Below the pieces are notes generated by a model. That model saw only the letters and a list, made by a program, of their open reading frames with translations. It ran no database searches and had not been told where the DNA came from. Made by a program: the position numbers and the translations under genes. Below are positions 53,787 through 64,000 of a stretch of 64,000 nt of DNA, piece by piece. Source of the stretch: Bacillus subtilis subsp. subtilis str. 168 (lineage in GTDB: Bacteria; Bacillota; Bacilli; Bacillales; Bacillaceae); the NCBI RefSeq assembly GCF_000009045.1, contig NC_000964.3, positions 2,418,001-2,482,000 of the forward strand, read 5' to 3'. Numbering within the stretch: position 1 is the first letter of the stretch; every line of letters begins with the position of its first letter.

Positions 53787-54746
53787 TCACCTCTTCATTG
53801 TTTTAAAGTATACGGTATTTCCTTCCCAATATGACGTGATGGCTTCTTCAGCCTCCAACACATCAAGGTGACCTGCCGTTTCTGACATCGTTAAAAACAA
53901 TTCCTTTTCATATACAGCAGGAAAAAGCTGCTGACAGACCTGAAAAGCGGTCATCGGCTTTTCATCCAGCATGCGACGCACATCCTCCGTCCTGTTCCTC
54001 TGCTTGTCAAAACGCTTCTCAATCAGCGCTTGTACACTGGTGATAGGCTCGCCGTGACCAGGAAATACGATTGTTGGATCAAGTTGAGACAGCCTTCGCA
54101 ATGACCGCTGATAATCCACTAAAGGCTTTGACCTGACGTCTCCCGCTTTCGGCGCTTCCAAAATCGGATTAGACGAGCTGTTTGCCAGCAGTAGATCGCC
54201 GCCAAGCATCCTTCCGCTTTTTTCATGGAACAGAACAATATGCGATTCAGCATGTCCAGGCATCTCCAACACAGACCAGCCCTCAAGCCCATCTATGCCC
54301 ATACCTTCTCTGATTGATTTTGTCAGAGATCTCGTACAGGAAAATGCGTACGCTGATCGAATCAGCTTTTCCGCCTTCCCCGTATCAAATGGAACGCCTA
54401 ATTCAGGCAGCAGCTTTTGAAAAAAACGTTTTTGCCAATCCATAAAGGCTTGATTTTGGCTGATATAAGGTTCGTTGAATGTATGCCCAATCACTTCGAT
54501 TTCATCTGAAAAGACATCAAGCAAGCCTGCATGATCAGCATGATGGTGAGTCAGTACAACCTGCTCGATATCTGACAATTTCACATTTACAGCGGCAAGC
54601 TGCTCTTGTAAGGCTCTGGCAGCCTCTTTTGTATTCGGCCCGGCATCGATAAGTGTCAGCGCATCACCTTTTACGAGGTAAACGATAACATCGCCGACAG
54701 CAAACGGTGTCGGGACGCGGATCGCAATTACATCTTCAGTTGTCAT
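53787..54746 (-). CDS. yqjP: Metallo-beta-lactamase-fold hydrolase
   Basis: [13 protein letters not shown] and PGHG motifs. Confidence 0.92.
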   Translation of the reverse strand: MTTEDVIAIRVPTPFAVGDVIVYLVKGDALTLIDAGPNTKEAARALQEQLAAVNVKLSDIEQVVLTHHHADHAGLLDVFSDEIEVIGHTFNEPYISQNQAFMDWQKRFFQKLLPELGVPFDTGKAEKLIRSAYAFSCTRSLTKSIREGMGIDGLEGWSVLEMPGHAESHIVLFHEKSGRMLGGDLLLANSSSNPILEAPKAGDVRSKPLVDYQRSLRRLSQLDPTIVFPGHGEPITSVQALIEKRFDKQRNRTEDVRRMLDEKPMTAFQVCQQLFPAVYEKELFLTMSETAGHLDVLEAEEAITSYWEGNTVYFKTMKR

Positions 54747-54844
54747 CCTTTCGCTCCTTGTCTTCATTCATTATTCATATTTTAGCTTTTTCTCGGTCTT
54801 GTGTCATTATTGCAGAATGAGAACAAACCTTTTTGAAAAAGCTA

Positions 54845-54874
54845 TTGACATTAGCTTGTCCGCCATTGCATAAT
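54845..54874 (+). promoter_or_regulatory. Sigma-A promoter of proI
   Basis: TTGACA-N18-CATAAT. Confidence 0.6.
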
Positions 54875-54884
54875 GAACAACAAA

Positions 54885-55125
54885 CTAAAACGAGAACCAT
54901 TGGAACGCTATGACGAGGAATAGTATACAAGGCAATGGCCTAAGAGAGCGATACCCCCGGCTGAAAGGTGTTGCGGCCCGCTTGTTTGTAGAACCTGCCC
55001 TCAAGTCGCGGTTAGGAAAACCTAAACGTTTCCCGCGTTACGGGGATTTGAGCTGAGCACAATTTGTGCTAATGAGGGTGGTACCGCGAACCTTTTCGTC
55101 CTTTACGTGATGAAAAGGTTTTTTG
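54885..55125 (+). ncRNA. Proline T-box riboswitch
   Basis: GCTGAA motif, specifier GAA-CCT (Pro) at 54991-54996, T-box GGGTGGTACCGCG at 55076-55088, terminator AACCTTTTC/GAAAAGGTT plus T-run. Confidence 0.93.
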
Positions 55126-55150
55126 TTGTTCTAATAGAAGGAGGATATCA

Positions 55151-55987
55151 ATGAAAAAGATAGGATTTGTCGGCGCCGGGTCAATGGCAGAAGCAATGAT
55201 CAACGGCATTTTGCAAAGCGGCATCACAAAACCAGAACATATCTATATTACAAATCGCTCAAATGACGAGCGTCTGATTGAATTAAAGGAAACGTACAGC
55301 GTGCGTCCATGCAGAGATAAAAATGAGTTTTTCACTCACACCGATATCATTATCCTCGCTTTCAAACCGAAAGACGCGGCGGAAAGCATCGACAGCATCC
55401 GGCCGTATATCAAGGACCAGCTTGTCATTTCAGTACTTGCAGGCCTTACCATCGAAACCATTCAGCATTATTTTGGCAGAAAGCTCGCGGTCATTCGCGT
55501 CATGCCTAATACATCAGCGGCAATCAGAAAATCAGCAACCGGATTTTCCGTAAGCACGGAAGCAAGCAAGAATGATATTATTGCCGCAAAAGCTCTATTG
55601 GAAACAATCGGTGATGCAACACTGGTTGAGGAGCGGCATCTTGACGCTGTCACTGCAATCGCAGGCAGCGGCCCGGCCTATGTGTATCGTTATATTGAGG
55701 CGATGGAAAAAGCAGCACAAAAAGTAGGATTAGATAAAGAAACGGCAAAAGCACTCATTTTGCAGACAATGGCAGGGGCAACAGATATGCTCCTCCAAAG
55801 CGGCAAACAGCCGGAAAAGCTGCGTAAAGAAATCACCAGTCCTGGGGGCACTACAGAGGCAGGTCTTCGCGCTTTACAGGACTCCCGCTTTGAAGAAGCA
55901 ATTATTCACTGTATTGAAGAAACAGCTAAACGGAGCGCAGAAATCAAAGAACAGTTTGCCGGTGCCGCCTTAGAGAGACATTCTTAG
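55151..55987 (+). CDS. proI: Pyrroline-5-carboxylate reductase
   Basis: GFVGAGSMA, RVMPNT, GSGPAY and SPGGTT motifs. Confidence 0.96.
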   Translation: MKKIGFVGAGSMAEAMINGILQSGITKPEHIYITNRSNDERLIELKETYSVRPCRDKNEFFTHTDIIILAFKPKDAAESIDSIRPYIKDQLVISVLAGLTIETIQHYFGRKLAVIRVMPNTSAAIRKSATGFSVSTEASKNDIIAAKALLETIGDATLVEERHLDAVTAIAGSGPAYVYRYIEAMEKAAQKVGLDKETAKALILQTMAGATDMLLQSGKQPEKLRKEITSPGGTTEAGLRALQDSRFEEAIIHCIEETAKRSAEIKEQFAGAALERHS

Positions 55988-55997
55988 ATGTAAGGAC

Positions 55998-56029
55998 AAA
56001 AACAGAAGGCACAGTGCCTTCTGTTTTTT
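55998..56029. terminator. Bidirectional terminator proI/yqjN
   Basis: AAAAACAGAAGGCAC/GTGCCTTCTGTTTTT stem. Confidence 0.82.
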
Positions 56030-57671
56030 ATTTTTCCCGCAGCAGCTGGCCGGCAGATTCTGATTGCTTTAATAGCGCGGAGATCGTAAATGAAAGCAAA
56101 TCGGGAAGCACTTCAAAGGAATAAGGCATATACAATCTTTCCGTCCATTTATGCGGGTCTTTACCAGCCGGACCGACATTTAAAACTGGGACATATAAAG
56201 CCTGATTTTTACCGCTTGGCAATGAATACCCTCTGTTAAAGAGCGGCATATTGCTTGTGTATGCATCAACCTCCTGTTTTTCCAGCTGAAGATAACTCAA
56301 GTCCGAAAGTCCGGGGAAGTACTGAACCTCCCGTAATGCAATGCCGTATCGCTCAGCCGCATAATGCTTTATCTGATCTGCTGTATTTCTGATCAATTGA
56401 TCATCCTTTGAAGAAACAGCTGGATAAAGCGGCGGACTATAAAACAGAACGATGAGCGGCGCATCCTCCTTACAAAGCGAAGCAAGCTCAGAAACAATTT
56501 TCGTCGAAAAATCCCTGTCTCCAAGCTCCCCCCTGTTAGCAAAGGCATAATTTAGAGCCCGCTCTGTTTCCGAGATCCCCGCACGCTTTTTTGCACGCGA
56601 GACCAGCTCATCAAATGTCAAAACAGTGACGTCCCGCTCAATCGGCTGAAATGGCTCAAATTGTTGAAAATCCTGTGTTTTCTTCCGAACGTTCGACATG
56701 ATTTCCTCCGCCGCCTGTTCTGCTGTTTTAAGCAGCATCTGATGCAGCTCACTAGCTGAGCGTTTCATTGACAGCACATTAAATAATGTGACGGCTGTAT
56801 GCGGTGTCTGGACTGAATATGCCTCTTTCAAGTCCTTTTGCATTAAGTTTACCGGCGGCGGAGTGACCTCGCCATCAACCTTTTCGCAATAATCAGCATT
56901 CAGTTCAAGCAAACGGTTAATCTCAGATACCATTAAATTTGCGTTTAGACCTGAAAACGGCTCTCCAACATGTGTCTCAATCCCCTTGCAGAAAAAACCC
57001 GCAAGCACCTTGCCAATGCTTCCTGTATAAAAATATTGCTGCTGATCGCCGGGAAATTTTTCAAACATCGGTTCGGCATTCAGGCAAGCGGTTAATGTGA
57101 TATCATGCTTTTTCTCCATCTCCTTCAATGCAGGAACCGCTTCAATCATGCCTCTTGAATTCACTTCCTCGTCCGGAACCGTTATCAACAGCAGATTGCC
57201 CTCAAAATGCCCGTTCATTGCCCTCTCCAGCATCGACAGTTGAATACAAAGCCCCGCTTTCATATCCATCGTCCCTCTTCCGAACAGCCAGTCTCCGCTT
57301 TCGGCATCTCTTCTCACACGTTCCGGGAGCAGCTCTTTTTTCTCTAAAAAGGAGCTCAAAAGCTCAGCAGGCTTGCAAGCCATATGTTTAAATTCGCCGT
57401 AATCTTCTATGTCAACGACATCAAAATGACTCAGCAGAAGCACTGTCTTTTTGACATTCTTCTTTTTGACTAGAGCCGTAAGAAAAGATCTGCCATCGTC
57501 CATCGGATGAAGTGTTACATCATCAGGGTGCTTTTGAAAATAGGGCTTGTCCTTCAAAATAAAATAAAGATACTCTGCAAGCGCTACCTCGCCCTTTGAA
57601 CCGGTGATGCTTTCGTATTGCACAAGAGAAGTTAAAAGTGCCAGCAATTCGTCCTTCGTCTGCCAATTCAT
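56028..57671 (-). CDS. yqjN: M20-family amidohydrolase (RocB-like)
   Basis: SHFDVV, GRGTMDMK and PDEE motifs. Confidence 0.9.
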   Translation of the reverse strand: MNWQTKDELLALLTSLVQYESITGSKGEVALAEYLYFILKDKPYFQKHPDDVTLHPMDDGRSFLTALVKKKNVKKTVLLLSHFDVVDIEDYGEFKHMACKPAELLSSFLEKKELLPERVRRDAESGDWLFGRGTMDMKAGLCIQLSMLERAMNGHFEGNLLLITVPDEEVNSRGMIEAVPALKEMEKKHDITLTACLNAEPMFEKFPGDQQQYFYTGSIGKVLAGFFCKGIETHVGEPFSGLNANLMVSEINRLLELNADYCEKVDGEVTPPPVNLMQKDLKEAYSVQTPHTAVTLFNVLSMKRSASELHQMLLKTAEQAAEEIMSNVRKKTQDFQQFEPFQPIERDVTVLTFDELVSRAKKRAGISETERALNYAFANRGELGDRDFSTKIVSELASLCKEDAPLIVLFYSPPLYPAVSSKDDQLIRNTADQIKHYAAERYGIALREVQYFPGLSDLSYLQLEKQEVDAYTSNMPLFNRGYSLPSGKNQALYVPVLNVGPAGKDPHKWTERLYMPYSFEVLPDLLSFTISALLKQSESAGQLLREK

Positions 57672-57842
57672 TGATTCCGCCCCTCCTATGAATAAAAATG
57701 CTTCTATACTGAAAAATAAACTGATTTCTCGTCTATTATACAGAAATGTTTGACAAAAGCGGTTCATTTGAGCAGTTTATATGACGGGAAAGAAATGACT
57801 TGATATAATCAATCTCTAAAAACCTTACGGGAGGCGAAAGAA

Positions 57843-58859
57843 ATGGCCAGAAAATTATTTACACCTATTACAATTAAAGATATGACGTTAAAAAACCGCA
57901 TTGTCATGTCGCCAATGTGCATGTATTCTTCTCATGAAAAGGACGGAAAATTAACACCGTTCCACATGGCACATTACATATCGCGCGCAATCGGCCAGGT
58001 CGGACTGATTATTGTAGAGGCGTCAGCGGTTAACCCTCAAGGACGAATCACTGACCAAGACTTAGGCATTTGGAGCGACGAGCATATTGAAGGCTTTGCA
58101 AAACTGACTGAGCAGGTCAAAGAACAAGGTTCAAAAATCGGCATTCAGCTTGCCCATGCCGGACGTAAAGCTGAGCTTGAAGGAGATATCTTCGCTCCAT
58201 CGGCGATTGCGTTTGACGAACAATCAGCAACACCTGTAGAAATGTCAGCAGAAAAAGTAAAAGAAACGGTCCAGGAGTTCAAGCAAGCGGCTGCCCGCGC
58301 AAAAGAAGCCGGCTTTGATGTGATTGAAATTCATGCGGCGCACGGATATTTAATTCATGAATTTTTGTCTCCGCTTTCCAACCATCGAACAGATGAATAT
58401 GGCGGCTCACCTGAAAACCGCTATCGTTTCTTGAGAGAGATCATTGATGAAGTCAAACAAGTATGGGACGGTCCTTTATTTGTCCGTGTATCTGCTTCTG
58501 ACTACACTGATAAAGGCTTAGACATTGCCGATCACATCGGTTTTGCAAAATGGATGAAGGAGCAGGGTGTTGACTTAATTGACTGCAGCTCAGGCGCCCT
58601 TGTTCACGCAGACATTAACGTATTCCCTGGCTATCAGGTCAGCTTCGCTGAGAAAATCCGTGAACAGGCGGACATGGCTACTGGTGCCGTCGGCATGATT
58701 ACAGACGGTTCAATGGCTGAAGAAATTCTGCAAAACGGACGTGCCGACCTCATCTTTATCGGCAGAGAGCTTTTGCGGGATCCATTTTTTGCAAGAACTG
58801 CTGCGAAACAGCTCAATACAGAGATTCCGGCCCCTGTTCAATACGAAAGAGGCTGGTAA
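57843..58859 (+). CDS. namA: Old yellow enzyme NADPH dehydrogenase YqjM
   Basis: SPMCMYS and HAAHGYL motifs (yqjM). Confidence 0.95.
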
Positions 58860-58867
58860 TGCCCATA

Positions 58868-58899
58868 AGAGATATCCTGTAGAGGATATCTCTTTTTTT
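58868..58899 (+). terminator. Terminator after yqjM
   Basis: AAGAGATATCCT/AGGATATCTCTT plus T-run. Confidence 0.82.
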
Positions 58900-58907
58900 A
58901 TTTTTAG

Positions 58908-58934
58908 AGAAACGATCGGCTAAGGTTCTCCGTC
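58908..58934 (+). promoter_or_regulatory. Sigma-M-type promoter of yqjL
   Basis: AGAAAC-N17-CGTC. Confidence 0.55.
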
Positions 58935-58968
58935 TCCCTAGTAGAACCAATTAGAGGAGATGACTCCA

Positions 58969-59730
58969 ATGAAATCAGCTTGGATGGAAAAGACATATAC
59001 AATTGACGGATGTGCGTTTCATACACAGCACCGGAAAGGATCAAGCGGTGTAACGATTGTCTTTGAGGCCGGCTATGGTACTTCTTCTGAGACGTGGAAA
59101 CCATTAATGGCGGACATTGATGATGAATTTGGCATTTTCACATATGATCGGGCAGGCATAGGAAAAAGCGGGCAAAGCAGAGCTAAACGAACAGCTGATC
59201 AACAAGTGAAAGAATTGGAGAGTTTGCTTAAAGCAGCTGATGTAAAACCTCCTTATTTGGCTGTTTCACACTCATACGGAGCTGTCATCACCGGTTTATG
59301 GGCCTGCAAAAACAAGCATGATATTATCGGCATGGTCCTTCTTGACCCAGCTTTAGGCGATTGCGCCAGCTTTACCTTTATACCCGAAGAAATGCACAAA
59401 TCACATACGAGAAAGATGATGCTTGAGGGCACACATGCAGAGTTTTCAAAAAGTCTGCAGGAGCTCAAAAAGCGGCAAGTCCACTTAGGAAACATGCCTC
59501 TTCTTGTGTTGTCATCAGGAGAACGGACTGAGAAATTCGCTGCTGAACAGGAGTGGCAAAACTTGCACAGCAGCATATTGTCTCTATCTAACCAAAGCGG
59601 CTGGATTCAAGCTAAAAACAGCTCCCACAACATCCATCATGATGAACCTCATATCGTTCACTTGGCTATTTATGACGTATGGTGCGCAGCGTGCCAGCAG
59701 GCCGCTCCTCTTTACCAGGCAGTCAATTAA
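58969..59730 (+). CDS. yqjL: Alpha/beta hydrolase YqjL
   Basis: YDRAGIGKS, SHSYG elbow, SSHNIHHDEP. Confidence 0.9.
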   Translation: MKSAWMEKTYTIDGCAFHTQHRKGSSGVTIVFEAGYGTSSETWKPLMADIDDEFGIFTYDRAGIGKSGQSRAKRTADQQVKELESLLKAADVKPPYLAVSHSYGAVITGLWACKNKHDIIGMVLLDPALGDCASFTFIPEEMHKSHTRKMMLEGTHAEFSKSLQELKKRQVHLGNMPLLVLSSGERTEKFAAEQEWQNLHSSILSLSNQSGWIQAKNSSHNIHHDEPHIVHLAIYDVWCAACQQAAPLYQAVN

Positions 59731-59733
59731 CGT

Positions 59734-59770
59734 AAAAAAAGACCGGGCCGTAAGGGATTCCCGGTCTTTT
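59734..59770. terminator. Bidirectional terminator yqjL/rpmGC
   Basis: AAAAGACCGG/CCGGTCTTTT stem. Confidence 0.75.
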
Positions 59771-59773
59771 ATA

Positions 59774-59924
59774 TTATTTTGTTTCACGGTGAAGGGTATA
59801 TTTCTTTAAACGCGGTGAATATTTTTTCAGCTCCAAACGGTCTGGATTGGTGCGTTTATTTTTTGTTGTGATGTAATTTCGGTCTCCCGTTTCAGTGCAA
59901 AGCTAAAGTAACATTTACTCTCAT
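59774..59924 (-). pseudogene. rpmGC: Zinc-independent ribosomal protein L33 paralogue with a +1 frameshift
   Basis: 151 nt; removing one base from the AAA at 59899-59901 gives [49 protein letters not shown]. Confidence 0.92.
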
Positions 59925-59939
59925 AATTAACATCTCCTT

Positions 59940-59990
59940 ATAAAACGTAATGATTACGTTTTATTATACAACGTCATCACAAATTGTCAA
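59940..59990 (-). promoter_or_regulatory. Zur box and sigma-A promoter of rpmGC
   Basis: Palindrome ATAAAACGTAAT-G-ATTACGTTTTAT (59940-59964) just downstream of TTGACA-N16-TATAAT. Confidence 0.88.
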
Positions 59991-60005
59991 ATAAGAGCTC
60001 CGCCT

Positions 60006-60929
60006 TCAGCCTCGCGGGACGTTTACCTCTAAGAAATCATATGCCGCCACGCTATTGGGGAAAACGTCAACCGCTTCTTTTTGAAGCTCCAAAGAAGCAT
60101 CTCCCTGATATCTTGCGCTGATATGGGTTAAAATGAGCTGCTTCGCTCTTGCTTCTTTCGCTGTTACAGCCGCTTGTTCCGTTGTACTGTGATAATAATC
60201 ATAAGCAAGTTTACGGTCTTCCTTAGCAAAGGTTGCTTCATGAACAAGCACATCACAATCCCTCGCAAGCTCTTTTAGTTTGTCACTTACTCTCGTATCA
60301 CCGGAGAACACAACAGATCTTCCCTTTTTAGGAGGCTCCAGAAAATCATTCCCATTGATGATTCGTCCGTCTTCAAGCGTTACCGTTTCGCCTTTTTTGA
60401 TTTTCTGATATACAGGTCCGGGCGGGATGTTCATTTCTTTTAATACGTCAGCCTTCAAGGAACCCGGTACGTCTTTTTCCTGCACACGGTACCCGAAGGC
60501 TTCCACTCCATGAATAACAGATACCGCTGTGACAATAAACTGATCGTCCTCAAACACGATTCCTTCTTCAATTTCCTGGATCGCAAGCGGATATGTCAAA
60601 TGGGTTTTCGTGACGGCAAGGCTTGTTTCAATAAACGCCTTGATCCCTTTAGGTCCGTACACTGTCAGCTCGTCCTCTCCGCCTTGAAAGGAACGGCTCC
60701 CCAGAAGCCCCGGAAGTCCGTATACATGATCGCCGTGCATGTGTGTAATAAAGATTTTCTCTATTTTACGAGGTTTAATCGTTGTATGTAAAATTTGATG
60801 CTGTGTGGCTTCCCCGCAGTCAAAAAGCCATACCGAACGCCTTTCTTCAAGCAATTTTAATGCCACCGACGTTACATTTCTCGCCTTGGCGGGGATGCCG
60901 GCTCCCGTCCCTAAAAAAAGTAATTCCAC
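60006..60929 (-). CDS. rnz: Ribonuclease Z
   Basis: FLGTGAG, THMHGDH, SGDT, HEATF and THISARY motifs. Confidence 0.97.
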   Translation of the reverse strand: MELLFLGTGAGIPAKARNVTSVALKLLEERRSVWLFDCGEATQHQILHTTIKPRKIEKIFITHMHGDHVYGLPGLLGSRSFQGGEDELTVYGPKGIKAFIETSLAVTKTHLTYPLAIQEIEEGIVFEDDQFIVTAVSVIHGVEAFGYRVQEKDVPGSLKADVLKEMNIPPGPVYQKIKKGETVTLEDGRIINGNDFLEPPKKGRSVVFSGDTRVSDKLKELARDCDVLVHEATFAKEDRKLAYDYYHSTTEQAAVTAKEARAKQLILTHISARYQGDASLELQKEAVDVFPNSVAAYDFLEVNVPRG

Positions 60930-61155
60930 GTTTCCTTCCTCCTACTAGAACCAGATACCTACAAGAATACAGGATCAAGCGGAAAATGTGAATCTTGCCT
61001 CTGAAAAGAACAATCCTTTCGTGCTAGAAACATTTTTTCAGCATTCTGCTTAAAAAAGGGCTTAAATGTTTGCTTTCGTTGAATTTTAGATTTAAAATGA
61101 AGGAAATATACGGGGTGTACTAAAATAAAGCTTCGAATAAAGTGAGGTACTTTTA

Positions 61156-62625
61156 GTGAAAACAAACCAACAACCAAAAGCAGTAATTGTCATATTCGGT
61201 GCAACTGGAGATTTAGCAAAACGAAAATTGTATCCGTCTATTCACCGTTTATATCAAAACGGACAAATCGGAGAAGAGTTTGCAGTGGTAGGAGTTGGAA
61301 GAAGACCTTGGTCTAATGAGGATCTTCGCCAAACTGTTAAAACATCCATTTCCTCATCTGCAGATAAGCATATAGATGATTTCACGTCTCATTTTTACTA
61401 TCACCCGTTTGACGTGACAAACCCTGGTTCTTATCAAGAGCTAAACGTATTGCTTAACCAGCTGGAAGATACATATCAAATTCCTAACAACAGAATGTTC
61501 TACTTGGCAATGGCTCCTGAATTCTTCGGAACGATTGCAAAAACATTAAAATCAGAGGGTGTAACAGCTACAACCGGCTGGTCCCGCCTTGTCATCGAAA
61601 AACCGTTCGGCCATGATCTGCCAAGCGCACAGGCATTGAATAAAGAAATCCGCGAAGCATTTACGGAAGATCAAATTTACAGAATCGACCATTATCTAGG
61701 CAAACAAATGGTTCAGAACATTGAAGTGATTCGATTTGCCAATGCGATTTTCGAACCGCTTTGGACAAACCGCTACATTTCAAACATTCAAATCACATCT
61801 AGCGAATCACTAGGCGTTGAAGACCGCGCAAGATATTACGAAAAATCAGGCGCCCTTCGCGACATGGTGCAAAACCATATTATGCAGATGGTTGCCCTTC
61901 TTGCAATGGAGCCGCCTATCAAATTGAACACAGAAGAAATCCGCAGCGAGAAAGTGAAGGTGCTGAGAGCACTGCGTCCTATTGCAAAAGACGAAGTGGA
62001 TGAATACTTTGTGCGCGGACAATATCATGCTGGTGAAATTGACGGTGTACCGGTTCCTGCTTATACAGATGAAGATAATGTCGCTCCTGACTCCAATACA
62101 GAAACCTTTGTTGCCGGCAAGCTCTTGATCGACAACTTCAGATGGGCTGGTGTTCCATTCTACATCAGAACCGGAAAACGAATGAAAGAAAAGTCCACAA
62201 AAATTGTCGTTCAATTTAAGGACATTCCGATGAACCTGTACTACGGTAATGAAAACAACATGAATCCGAACTTGCTTGTCATTCATATTCAGCCTGACGA
62301 AGGCATTACGCTTTACTTAAATGCTAAAAAGCTTGGCGGAGCAGCACACGCACAGCCAATCAAACTCGATTATTGCAGCAATTGCAATGACGAGTTGAAC
62401 ACCCCTGAAGCATATGAAAAACTAATTCACGACTGTCTTCTTGGCGATGCAACAAACTTTGCACACTGGGATGAAGTTGCCCTTTCTTGGAGCTTTGTCG
62501 ACTCTATTTCTGAAACATGGGCAGCAAACAAAACCTTATCTCCTAACTACGAATCAGGCTCAATGGGACCGAAAGAATCTGATGATCTTTTGGTGAAAGA
62601 CGGCTTACACTGGTGGAACATATAA
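61156..62625 (+). CDS. zwf: Glucose-6-phosphate 1-dehydrogenase
   Basis: GATGDLAKRKL and RIDHYLGK motifs. Confidence 0.98.
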   Translation: MKTNQQPKAVIVIFGATGDLAKRKLYPSIHRLYQNGQIGEEFAVVGVGRRPWSNEDLRQTVKTSISSSADKHIDDFTSHFYYHPFDVTNPGSYQELNVLLNQLEDTYQIPNNRMFYLAMAPEFFGTIAKTLKSEGVTATTGWSRLVIEKPFGHDLPSAQALNKEIREAFTEDQIYRIDHYLGKQMVQNIEVIRFANAIFEPLWTNRYISNIQITSSESLGVEDRARYYEKSGALRDMVQNHIMQMVALLAMEPPIKLNTEEIRSEKVKVLRALRPIAKDEVDEYFVRGQYHAGEIDGVPVPAYTDEDNVAPDSNTETFVAGKLLIDNFRWAGVPFYIRTGKRMKEKSTKIVVQFKDIPMNLYYGNENNMNPNLLVIHIQPDEGITLYLNAKKLGGAAHAQPIKLDYCSNCNDELNTPEAYEKLIHDCLLGDATNFAHWDEVALSWSFVDSISETWAANKTLSPNYESGSMGPKESDDLLVKDGLHWWNI

Positions 62626-62632
62626 TAAGAAG

Positions 62633-62674
62633 AAAAAAGCCGAAATAGTTTACTAAGCATTTTCGGTCTTTTTT
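62633..62674 (+). terminator. Terminator after zwf
   Basis: CCGAAA/TTTCGG stem with T-run. Confidence 0.6.
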
Positions 62675-62709
62675 ACGCTGAACAAAGGTATAACAATCTC
62701 CTTAATAAC

Positions 62710-62742
62710 AAAACCCCCAAAGCTTAAGAGCTTCGGGGGTTT
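62710..62742 (-). terminator. Terminator after gndA
   Basis: AAACCCCC.AAGC/GCTT.GGGGGTTT stem. Confidence 0.7.
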
Positions 62743-62749
62743 CTATTGA

Positions 62750-64000
62750 TTACTTCATCCATTCAGTATGGAAGATGCCTTCTTTGTCAGTACGCTCATA
62801 AGTATGAGCGCCAAAGTAGTCGCGCTGTGCTTGGATTAAGTTTGCAGGCAGTACGGCTGTGCGGTAGCTGTCATAGTAGGCTAATGCGCTTGAGAATGAT
62901 GGCACCGGCACACCTTGGGCAACTGCAAGTGAAATCACTTGGCGAAGCGCTCCTTGATAGCTTTCTACAATATTCTTGAAATAGCTGTCAAGAAGCAGGT
63001 TGTCAAGCTCAGGCTCGCGATCGTAAGCTTCTTTGATCTTCTGAAGGAATGCCGCGCGAATGATGCAACCACCGCGGAAGATCATAGCGATTTCACCATA
63101 TTTCAGATCCCAGTTGTATTCTTCAGAAGCAGCTTTCATTTGGGCAAATCCTTGCGCGTATGAACAGATTTTACTCATGAACAACGCTTTTCTGACCGCT
63201 TCAATCAGCTCTTCTTTATTTTCTGTAACAGGCTTCACTTCTGGTCCTGAAAGAAGTCCGCTCGCTTTTACACGCTCTTCCTTCATAGCTGAGATAAAGC
63301 GTGCGAATACAGATTCAGTAATAATCGGAAGCGGAACGCCTAAGTCAAGTGCGCTTTGGCTTGTCCATTTTCCTGTTCCTTTTTGGCCTGCTTTATCAAG
63401 AATCACATCAACAAGCGGTTTGCCTGTTTCTTCGTCTTTTTTTGTGAAGATGTCAGCCGTAATCTCAATCAGGTAGCTATCAAGCTCACCTTTATTCCAT
63501 TCAGCGAAAACTTCATGAAGCTCATCAGCAGAAAGGCCCAGCACCTGTTTCAGAATGAAATATGATTCAGAGATCAGCTGCATATCTCCGTATTCAATTC
63601 CGTTGTGCACCATTTTTACGTAATGGCCGGCGCCGTCCGGACCGATATATGTCGTACAAGGTTCTCCGTCAACTTTTGCAGAAATGGCTTCAAGAATCGG
63701 TTTTACAAGCTCATGTGCTTCTTTTTGTCCGCCAGGCATGATAGAAGGTCCTTTAAGCGCTCCTTCTTCTCCGCCGGAAACGCCTGTTCCGATAAAATGA
63801 ATGCCGCTTTCAGCGAGTTCTTTGTTACGGCGCTGTGTATCTTTATAGTATGTATTACCGCCGTCAATTAAAATATCATCCTTCTCTAGATGAGGAAGAA
63901 GAGATTGAATTGTCGCATCTGTTGCAGTTCCCGCTTTAACCATTAATAAGATTTTGCGCGGTGTTTCCAAGGATTGGACAAATTCTTCAATGCTGTAAGT
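62750..64000 (-). CDS. gndA: NADP-dependent 6-phosphogluconate dehydrogenase, 5' end outside the window
   Basis: [27 protein letters not shown] and QRDYFGAH motifs; frame open to 64000. Confidence 0.97.
   Translation of the reverse strand, partial: TYSIEEFVQSLETPRKILLMVKAGTATDATIQSLLPHLEKDDILIDGGNTYYKDTQRRNKELAESGIHFIGTGVSGGEEGALKGPSIMPGGQKEAHELVKPILEAISAKVDGEPCTTYIGPDGAGHYVKMVHNGIEYGDMQLISESYFILKQVLGLSADELHEVFAEWNKGELDSYLIEITADIFTKKDEETGKPLVDVILDKAGQKGTGKWTSQSALDLGVPLPIITESVFARFISAMKEERVKASGLLSGPEVKPVTENKEELIEAVRKALFMSKICSYAQGFAQMKAASEEYNWDLKYGEIAMIFRGGCIIRAAFLQKIKEAYDREPELDNLLLDSYFKNIVESYQGALRQVISLAVAQGVPVPSFSSALAYYDSYRTAVLPANLIQAQRDYFGAHTYERTDKEGIFHTEWMK

Overview
Native-looking Bacillus subtilis chromosome segment, most likely the 168 lineage. 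The assignment is inferred from gene order, recognised proteins and the frameshifted rpmGC. It runs from resC (truncated, left edge) to gndA (truncated, right edge). Most of it is core genome: resABC, rluB, spmAB-dacB, scpAB, the riboflavin operon with its FMN riboswitch, sipS, ppiB, lysA, spoVA, dacF-spoIIAA-spoIIAB-sigF, drm-pupG, ripX, fur, spoIIM, mleAN, ansRAB, nudF, the LexA-controlled polYB-yqjX pair, coaA, dsdA, T-box-proI, yqjM, rnz, zwf and gndA. No CRISPR array, rRNA, tRNA or intact mobile element was found. The ORF track misses or mis-delimits several elements: brfA (yqkK) with a terminator inside its coding sequence, the 40-aa mciZ, a Zur-boxed frameshifted L33 paralogue (rpmGC), and a 52-aa membrane protein at 50004-50162. 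The least explained part is a ~2-kb stretch between sipS and ypzD holding three decayed genes: a relic coupled to ypzJ, a DedA-PAP2 fusion relic and a DUF1259-like relic. Gene symbols come from recognition of the protein sequences; no database search was run.
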